Translations under genes and position numbers: made by a program | The notes under the pieces: model-generated | Told to the model about the DNA's origin: nothing | Databases searched by the model: none | Seen by the model: only the letters and a program-made list of their open reading frames with translations | DNA from: Pseudodesulfovibrio mercurii | Lineage (GTDB): Bacteria; Desulfobacterota; Desulfovibrionia; Desulfovibrionales; Desulfovibrionaceae | NCBI RefSeq assembly: GCF_000189295.2 | Contig: NC_016803.1 | Span: 1,230,001-1,262,000, forward strand | Direction: 5' to 3' | DNA length: 32,000 nt | Shown here: piece after piece, positions 27,001-32,000 of the stretch | How the letters are laid out: each line of letters starts with the position of its first letter | Numbering within the stretch: the stretch's first letter is position 1

Positions 27001-27162
27001 GTCGGCGCCCGTGTAGGTGGCGCGCACGGACACCGACGGCGGCGAAATCTGCGGATACTGGGCGATGGGCAGGGCGAACAGGGAGAGTACGCCCACCAGC
27101 AGGATGATGATGGCCACCACCGAGGCGAAAATGGGCCGGTCAATGAAGAAACGGACGAACAT
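24010..27162 (-). CDS. Efflux RND transporter permease subunit (AcrB/MexB-like, HAE1)
   Basis: ORF 24010..27162, 1050 aa. N-terminus [24 protein letters not shown] is typical of AcrB-family pumps. Confidence 0.95.
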   Translation of the reverse strand: MFVRFFIDRPIFASVVAIIILLVGVLSLFALPIAQYPQISPPSVSVRATYTGADAATVEQSVAAPIEEQVNGAQDMMYMKSISANDGSLSLTVTFQLGRDLELATVDVQNRVNLATPQLPQEVRNTGISVLKQSPEFVLIVSLTSDKPEYDTLFLNNYGKINLYDALRRIEGVGDVNMFGDLDYGMRLWLDPDKLAAYNLTVSDVINAVEEQNTQAPAGQIGMPPTPKDQQFQMTLRVKGRLADPEEFGNIILKAEADGSTVRIRDVARVELGAKNYFTFARLNGKANASMLIYQLPGSNALDVASQVRATMEDLSRYFPEGVHYSIPYDTTRFVNSSIEEVMSTLYEALILVFLVVFIFLQNWRTTIIPMVCVPVSLIGTFALFPMLGFSINTLTLFGLVLAIGIVVDDAIVVVEATQRNIDEEGMTPKEATKKAMSEVTGPVIASTLVLIAVFIPVAFMGGITGQLYKQFALTLSVSVAISSVNALTLSPALSALILRPYKPIRGPLGWFFDKFNATFDWVTKRYNAAVAAMVRRAFMGVLVVAVLVGACGGLFAILPSSFVPDEDQGYFIINASLPEGASLERSDGVMRKIEAYLKDAPGIHNYVVLGGFNLLTGAYSSYTSAVFVVLDDWADRTTPDLSLKSIMGKAQKAFWGIQEAVVMGFAPPPIPGLSSTGGLQFELQDRSGNTVSDLAAVTRQYMAEASKRPEIANLFTTFSDSVPQYFVEIDRDKVKKLGVPISDVFKTLQTYLGGYYINDFNKYGRTYRVMAQAESQFRTRLEDLNRFYMRSNTGQMVPLSTLSHAKRITGPEYIQRYNVFRTVEINAATPAGYSSGQTMAAMEDVAQKNLPDGYGYDWTAIAYQEKAAGGQTGLIFGLAIVMVFLVLAAQYESWTTPFAVILCVPLGIFGAMSAQWMRGLDNNVYAQVGLVMLIGLAAKNAIMIVEYAKDKHDSGMSILDAAKAAASLRFRPILMTSFAFILGVIPLVRASGAGSASRHALGTSVFGGMIAATVLGVLVVPSLYTAIQGAGSWIGRFLRSEGIANKKEE

Positions 27163-27165
27163 GGG

Positions 27166-28431
27166 CTACTCCGCCGCGGTCTTGGCCCCGTCCTGTCCGC
27201 CGGCGGCGGGCACGGGCGCGGGCACGCTCTCTTCACTGTCCTGGGCCGAGGACGCGCCCGCTTCACAGCCCTGGGCCGCTGGCTGCTGGGCGTCGGGATC
27301 CATGGGGACCACCACCGGCTTGATCTTCATGCCCGGCTTGACCCGGTTGATGCCCTCGGACAGGAGCATGTCCCCGGCCTGGACGCCCTCGGCGACCACG
27401 GCCAGGTTCATGGACTCGGTGCCGAGCTTGACGGGCTGGTTCCTGATGGTCCCGTCCGGGTCCACCAGGTACACGGACTTCATGCCCTGCACGTCCATGA
27501 TGGCGCGCACCGGGATGACCACCGCGTTCTTGTTGTTGGCGACGCACACCCGGACCTTGGCGTACTGGCCGGGCTTGAGCAGGTCGCCGGGATTGGGGAA
27601 GAGCACGCGGATGCCCAGGGTGCCGGTCTGCGGGTCGATGGTCGGGTTGACCATGTCGTAACTGCCGGGCTCCTCATACTCGCTGCCGTCGGCCAGAATC
27701 AGGTGGATGGGCCGCTCGCCGGATTCGCGCGCCTTCGTGTCGCGCATGGCCCGGATGTAGTCCGTCTCGCTGACGTTGAAGCTGACGTAGACCGGGTCTA
27801 TGGTGGAAATGGTCGCCAGCAGGGTGTTCTCGCCCTGGCCCACCAGGTTGCCCACGTCCACCTGCACGCGGCCGATGATGCCGTCGATGGGCGAATAGAT
27901 CTTGGTGTAGCCGAGTTGGATGCGGGCGTTCTCGACCTTGGCCTTGTTGTCGGCCAGCTGGGCCTTGTAGGTGGCCGCCTGGGTCTCGTAGCTCTCGTAC
28001 TCGTCGCGGCTGACGACGCCCTCGTCAAAAAGCTTCTTGAACCGCTGCAAGTCCTTGGCGGCCTTGGCGTAGAGGGCCTGATTGTATTCCAGGCCGGACT
28101 GGGCCTGCTTCAGGTCCTCCTCGAACGGCTTGGGATCGATGACGAAAAGCAGGTCGCCCTGCTTCACGCTCCGGCCCTCCTCGAAATTCTTCCTGATCAG
28201 GAAACCCGCCACCCTGGCCCGGACCTCCACGGTCTCATGGGCGCTGATCTGGCCGACCCACTCGCCCCAGATGGGCACGTCGCGGGTCAGGGCCTTGACA
28301 ACCTTCATGGGCACCGGTTCCTGCTCGACCGCCTGATCCTTCTTCTTGTCGCCGGAGCACCCGGCCAGGACCAGTGAAAAGAGCAGAACGACACAACTGA
28401 CCGTCACGGAACGCAATACTGAGCTCACCAT
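27166..28431 (-). CDS. Efflux RND periplasmic adaptor lipoprotein (AcrA-like)
   Basis: ORF 27166..28431. LAGCSG lipobox, coiled-coil hairpin region, IYSPIDGIIG. Ends 3 nt before the RND gene. Confidence 0.9.
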   Translation of the reverse strand: MVSSVLRSVTVSCVVLLFSLVLAGCSGDKKKDQAVEQEPVPMKVVKALTRDVPIWGEWVGQISAHETVEVRARVAGFLIRKNFEEGRSVKQGDLLFVIDPKPFEEDLKQAQSGLEYNQALYAKAAKDLQRFKKLFDEGVVSRDEYESYETQAATYKAQLADNKAKVENARIQLGYTKIYSPIDGIIGRVQVDVGNLVGQGENTLLATISTIDPVYVSFNVSETDYIRAMRDTKARESGERPIHLILADGSEYEEPGSYDMVNPTIDPQTGTLGIRVLFPNPGDLLKPGQYAKVRVCVANNKNAVVIPVRAIMDVQGMKSVYLVDPDGTIRNQPVKLGTESMNLAVVAEGVQAGDMLLSEGINRVKPGMKIKPVVVPMDPDAQQPAAQGCEAGASSAQDSEESVPAPVPAAGGQDGAKTAAE

Positions 28432-28659
28432 CTCGAAAACCTTGCGTTATGGTATTGTGAAAAAATTCCTCTCATCATCATGGGCAATTGTGCCCACCTT
28501 AGCCTCTTCGCGCAAGTATGTATACCGGTTATTTTCACAGAATGCGTATAGTTGCGTCATGACGGCGCGGTTCGACCGATGCTCCCGTATTGACTCCGGC
28601 CCGGCCAAACCGTACTTATCGGTCAGCGACAACCGCATTTCATCAGCACGGAGAGGAAA

Positions 28660-28947
28660 ATGGGCGAAAACACCTGCAAAGAAAACCCCATGAAGGGCAT
28701 CCCACTGGGCATCAACTTCACCACCTTCATCTACTCCCTGTCGTCCTCGGCGCTGGTCGCCCTGGGCGAGGCCGCCGATCCGGGCTCGGGCAAGGTCGAG
28801 TTCAACAAGGAGCTGGCCAAAAACACCATCGACGTGCTCGGCATGCTCAAGGAAAAATTCGACAACGGCCTGGACGCGGACGAGAAGAAGCTCCTGTGCG
28901 AGATTGTGTACAATCTGCGGATGGCCTACGTTAACAAGACTAAATAG
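28660..28947 (+). CDS. DUF1844 domain protein
   Basis: ORF 28660..28947 preceded by GGAGAGG. FTTFIYSLSSSALVALGE...DVLGMLKEKF...LRMAYV matches my memory of the DUF1844 pattern. Confidence 0.7.
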   Translation: MGENTCKENPMKGIPLGINFTTFIYSLSSSALVALGEAADPGSGKVEFNKELAKNTIDVLGMLKEKFDNGLDADEKKLLCEIVYNLRMAYVNKTK

Positions 28948-28958
28948 CGGGAAAACCA

Positions 28959-30014
28959 ATGTCTCAGATCATCAAGGCCGGGCTGGTGGGCGTCACCGGC
29001 TACACCGGCATGGAACTGGCCCGGCTCATGGTCCACCACTCCTCCATGGAGCTGGTCCGGGCAACCTCCCGGTCCGAGGCGGGCAAAAAGCTCGCCGACA
29101 TCTACCCCTTTCTCAACCGGCTGCCCCTGGGCGACCTGGTCATCACCCAGCCCGACGCCGCCGACCTGGCCGAAGAATGCGACGTGGTCTTCCTGGCCGT
29201 GCCGCACAAGACCGCCATGGAGATCGCGGCCGAGCTGATCGAGGCGGGCGTCAAGGTGGTGGACCTGTCCGCCGACTTCCGCATCAACGACAAGGCGGTC
29301 TACGAGGCCTGGTACAAGGTGGAGCACACCCGCGCCGACCTGCTCAAGGAGGCGGTCTACGGCCTGCCCGAGCTGTACCTGGACCGGATCATGGGCGCGC
29401 GGCTCATCGCCAACCCCGGCTGCTACCCCACCTCCGCCATCCTCGGCCTGGCCCCGGCGCTCAAGGCCGGACTGGTCGAGACCTCGGACATCGTCATAGA
29501 CGCCAAGTCCGGAGCCTCGGGCGCGGGACGCGGGGCCAAGGTGGGCAACCTGTTCTGCGAGGTGGCCGACTCCTTCCGGGCCTACGGCCTGCCCACCCAC
29601 CGGCACACCCCGGAGATCGAGCAGGAACTCTCCAAGCTCGGCGGGACCGACATCACGGTCTCGTTCAGCACCCACCTGCTGCCCATCGACCGGGGTATCC
29701 TGTCGACCATCTACACCAAGCTCAGGGCCGAGACCTCCCTGGACGCGGTGCACGCCGCCTACACCGAATTCTACGCCGACAAGCCGCTGGTCCGCGTCCT
29801 GCCCAAGGGGCAGCTGCCCGAGACCCGCTTCGTGCGCGGCACGGTCTTCTGCGACATCGGCCTGGTGGTCGATCCGCGCACGGGCCGGCTGATCATCCTG
29901 TCCGCCATCGACAACCTCTGCCGGGGCGCGTCCGGCCAGGCGCTGATGAACGCAAACCTCATCTGCGGCCTGGACATCGACGAGGGGTTGCCCATGGCCC
30001 CGATGATGCCCTAG
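28959..30014 (+). CDS. argC: N-acetyl-gamma-glutamyl-phosphate reductase
   Basis: ORF 28959..30014. GVTGYTGMEL NAD-binding N-terminus, active-site ANPGCYPT, SGAGR, DNLCRGASGQA. Confidence 0.95.
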   Translation: MSQIIKAGLVGVTGYTGMELARLMVHHSSMELVRATSRSEAGKKLADIYPFLNRLPLGDLVITQPDAADLAEECDVVFLAVPHKTAMEIAAELIEAGVKVVDLSADFRINDKAVYEAWYKVEHTRADLLKEAVYGLPELYLDRIMGARLIANPGCYPTSAILGLAPALKAGLVETSDIVIDAKSGASGAGRGAKVGNLFCEVADSFRAYGLPTHRHTPEIEQELSKLGGTDITVSFSTHLLPIDRGILSTIYTKLRAETSLDAVHAAYTEFYADKPLVRVLPKGQLPETRFVRGTVFCDIGLVVDPRTGRLIILSAIDNLCRGASGQALMNANLICGLDIDEGLPMAPMMP

Positions 30015-30033
30015 CAGGCTGTTGAAAAACGCA

Positions 30034-30117
30034 CGATTGCTGCGTTGCTTTAAAAACGGCAAACCCTCGCGTACAAAAGAGTACGCTTCGGTCTTGCCGT
30101 TTTTTCGCGCCTTGCAC
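30034..30117 (+). repeat. 84-nt terminator-like structured repeat, copy 2 (also the likely argC terminator)
   Basis: Has the same conserved blocks as 18965-19048. Outer stem 30056-30062 with 30094-30100 and inner stem 30069-30074 with 30081-30086, then T6 (30100-30105). Confidence 0.6.
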
Positions 30118-30181
30118 TCGCACGCTATTGCACAGCCTGCGGGAGGAGACAAAAGTAAATGGCAACAGCACCGTCGGAAAT

Positions 30182-30214
30182 CAAAGGCCGTCGTTCAGAC
30201 GGCCTTTTCTTTTT
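30182..30214 (+). terminator. Second strong rho-independent terminator in the argC-nitroreductase spacer
   Basis: AAAGGCCGTC, loop GTTCA, GACGGCCTTT, followed by TCTTTTTT. Confidence 0.75.
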
Positions 30215-30278
30215 TCCGGCAGTGGTTATATTGGTGGGAGATATTTTCACCCCGACCGACAATCCGGAGGATATACAT

Positions 30279-30890
30279 ATGGATTTCAACGACATCCTTG
30301 AACGGCGCAGAGCCATCAACTTCTTCGATCCCTCCCAGGACGTGCCCGACGACCTGCTGCGCACCGTGCTGGCCGAGGCGGGCAAGGCCCCGTCGAGCTT
30401 CAATCTCCAGCCGTGGAAGGTCAAGGTCGTCCGCGACCCGGAACGCAAGGCCGCCCTGCGCGCCCTGGCATTCGACCAGGCCAAGGTGACCGAGGCCCCG
30501 GTGGTGCTCATCGTCCTGGCCGATCAAGACGGCTGGAAGGAAGGCAACCCCACCTTCGAAGGCCACTTCAAGCACAACATGAAGCCGGAGCAGCGCGATT
30601 ACCTGGTCAACTCCGCCAAGGCCCTGTACGGAGGCTCCCCGGACGCCTCCCTGGCCTTCGCCACCAAGAACGCCGGGCTGTTCGCCATGTCCTTCATGTA
30701 CGCGGCCTGCGCCCATGGCCTGGACACCCACCCCATGGACGGCTTCGACCGCGATGCGGTGCGCAAGGAGTTCAATATCCCGGACAACTACTGGCTGGCC
30801 ATGCTCATCGCCGTGGGCCACCGCACCCCTGATTTAGTCGTCCACCCCAAGGCCTGGCGCCAATCCGTGGATGAGATGATTTTGAAGTAG
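30279..30890 (+). CDS. Nitroreductase family protein
   Basis: ORF 30159..30890 trimmed to ATG 30279, preceded by GGAGGA. ILERRRAINFFD, APSSFNLQPW, and a typical ~200 aa length. Confidence 0.85.
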   Translation: MDFNDILERRRAINFFDPSQDVPDDLLRTVLAEAGKAPSSFNLQPWKVKVVRDPERKAALRALAFDQAKVTEAPVVLIVLADQDGWKEGNPTFEGHFKHNMKPEQRDYLVNSAKALYGGSPDASLAFATKNAGLFAMSFMYAACAHGLDTHPMDGFDRDAVRKEFNIPDNYWLAMLIAVGHRTPDLVVHPKAWRQSVDEMILK

Positions 30891-30901
30891 GCGTTTGGAC
30901 G

Positions 30902-31078
30902 GGGAGCGGCTTCCGATAGCGGGCCATCTGCACATTTTTTCCGGCCGCGCCAATCCTCACGTAGACGGCTACGCTGCGGTTGTCGCGGCCGGAAGAAAAT
31001 GCACAGCTGACCCACTCTCGAAAGCCTTGTGCCAGCGCGGAGAGCCGCTGTCGGGTGCTGCGCACCCGAATCGCTCCA
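30902..31078 (-). repeat. Copy B of the ~177-nt structured intergenic repeat (inverted relative to copy A)
   Basis: The reverse complement aligns to 6650-6826 with 6 mismatches (hand alignment). Confidence 0.85.
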
Positions 31079-31094
31079 GAAAAATTGAAGAAGG

Positions 31095-31133
31095 AAAGGC
31101 CTTCGACTCAACACCGAGTCGAAGGCCTTTTTT
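31095..31133. terminator. Strong bidirectional intrinsic terminator
   Basis: AAAGGCCTTCGACTC (31095-31109), loop AACACC, GAGTCGAAGGCCTTT (31116-31130), then TTT. Confidence 0.85.
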
Positions 31134-31195
31134 ATGTGCTTGCGCCCCGCGAAGCGGATAGGAAAAGTTTAGGAAGGGAGAGGGGATGGGGGTCC

Positions 31196-31251
31196 GGGGG
31201 AAGGGGAGAGGGAAAGCCCTTTTCCAAAGGGTTTCCCTCTCCCCTTCCCCC
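31196..31251. repeat. Long polypurine/polypyrimidine hairpin (about 26 bp)
   Basis: GGGGGAAGGGGAGAGGGAAAGCCCTTT, loop TCC, AAAGGGTTTCCCTCTCCCCTTCCCCC, with one bulged G. It lies 18 nt downstream of the csaA stop on the minus strand. Confidence 0.7.
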
Positions 31252-31268
31252 GGCCGCCGGAGGCATTC

Positions 31269-31604
31269 CTATCCCAACTTGAGGCCGTTGGGGCAGGGTT
31301 TGTCGGGGACGGCGAGGACGACGCCGTCAGGGCGGTAGAAACCGGTGACGAGGCATTCGGAGCGCATGGGGCCGATCTGTTTGGGCGGGAAGTTGACCAC
31401 GCCGACGACCTGTTTGCCCAGAAGTTCTTCGGGGTTGTAGAGGGCGGTGATCTGGGCGCTGGACTTGCGGGTGCCGATGTCCTCGCCGAAATCGACCAGG
31501 AGTTTGTAGGCCGGGACGCGGGCCTCGGGAAAGGGCTCGACCTTGACGATGGTGCCCACGCGCAGTTCCACTTTTTCGAAATCGTTCCAGGATATGGTTT
31601 CCAT
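31269..31604 (-). CDS. csaA: tRNA-binding domain protein (CsaA/EMAP-like)
   Basis: ORF 31269..31661 trimmed to ATG 31604, preceded by [39 protein letters not shown]...[11 protein letters not shown]. Confidence 0.85.
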   Translation of the reverse strand: METISWNDFEKVELRVGTIVKVEPFPEARVPAYKLLVDFGEDIGTRKSSAQITALYNPEELLGKQVVGVVNFPPKQIGPMRSECLVTGFYRPDGVVLAVPDKPCPNGLKLG

Positions 31605-31660
31605 CGGGGGTCCTCCGGTTGCGGTGTGTTCGGGTGGGGGTACCATGTTTGCACGGCACA

Positions 31661-31688
31661 AGAAAGGGGGCCCGAAGGCCCCCTTTCC
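31661..31688 (-). terminator. Intrinsic terminator of the right-edge membrane protein gene
   Basis: GGGGGCC, loop CGAA, GGCCCCC. On the minus strand it is followed by TTTCTT. Confidence 0.7.
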
Positions 31689-31714
31689 GGCTATGGGAAT
31701 GGAGTGTGTGGGAA

Positions 31715-32000
31715 CTATTTACGGACCGCGTAGGCCGAAGCCCGGCGGATCAGAGCGACCAGGGCGAGCACGCCCAGGACCATTACCAGGGTGAGATGGG
31801 TCCACTCGATGGTCAAGATGGCGGCCGGGTCCAGGGTCACGCCGGGCAGGTTGCGGTAGACGCGCAGCAGGCCGGAGACGAGCAGGCCGCCCACGACCAC
31901 GGCGCGGGCCAGCCCCAGGCCGGTCAGGGCCAAATGGTGCTTCCAGGACTTGAGCCAGTTGACCAGGACCAGGGCCGCCAGGAACAGGAGCGCGGCCCCG
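31715..32000 (-). CDS. Hydrophobic membrane protein, C-terminal fragment that runs off the right edge
   Basis: The track lists 31715..31933 from a TTG. Hand translation shows the frame stays open to position 31999 (...[29 protein letters not shown]...), so the gene continues beyond the window. Confidence 0.5.
   Translation of the reverse strand, partial: GAALLFLAALVLVNWLKSWKHHLALTGLGLARAVVVGGLLVSGLLRVYRNLPGVTLDPAAILTIEWTHLTLVMVLGVLALVALIRRASAYAVRK

Noticed and set aside
24163-28377. A 1404-aa plus-strand ORF and a 594-aa minus-strand ORF (24815-26599) across the second RND operon
   Set aside because: These are shadow frames (Gly/Asp/His/Arg-rich, no motifs) that span two genuine genes on the opposite strand or in another frame.
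30159-30278. An extended start for the nitroreductase at ATG 30159, which has a good GGGAGGAG
   Set aside because: The extension would be translated through a strong terminator hairpin and T-tract. The ATG at 30279 has its own GGAGGA and gives the canonical nitroreductase N-terminus.
6650-31078. Interpreting the inverted repeats as the ends of a 24-kb composite transposon
   Set aside because: The interior is housekeeping (polA, argC, cobU) with host-like composition and has no transposase or integrase. The repeats look like dispersed small elements, not IS termini.
1-32000. A search for CRISPR arrays, rRNA or tRNA genes and IS elements
   Set aside because: I saw no regularly spaced direct repeats, no rRNA- or tRNA-like sequences and no transposase or integrase ORFs anywhere in the window.

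Overview
The window is high-GC (about 61% G+C in a hand-counted sample) and tightly packed. It reads like core chromosome of a Desulfovibrionales-type deltaproteobacterium; that lineage is inferred from gene content only. I can support about 31 CDSs: trpS, polA, argC, cobU, a class I aminotransferase, an M50 protease, an FKBP PPIase, a CheY-like receiver, an HD-GYP phosphodiesterase, a ComFB-like protein, a TtuA/ThiS-like sulfur-transfer pair, two RND efflux pairs (one in a MarR operon), an EndoQ-like nuclease fused to a UvrD helicase, a DHH phosphoesterase, a nitroreductase and CsaA. I found no rRNA, tRNA, CRISPR array, transposase or integrase. Four things are not explained by ordinary annotation. 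(1) A roughly 1 kb AT-rich islet (about 33% G+C) lies just after polA and carries one orphan 288-aa ORF with no motif I recognise; this is my best candidate for an undescribed accessory or defence-type function. (2) A 177-nt repeat occurs twice at about 97% identity in inverted orientation, 24 kb apart. It folds into a 40-bp hairpin whose non-Watson-Crick pairs are all G-U on one strand, which suggests an RNA-level element. (3) A second, 84-nt terminator-like repeat family shows compensatory stem changes. (4) A polypurine, G-quadruplex-capable tract is embedded in a 26-bp hairpin. The many long antisense ORFs in the track are GC-driven shadow frames and I rejected them.
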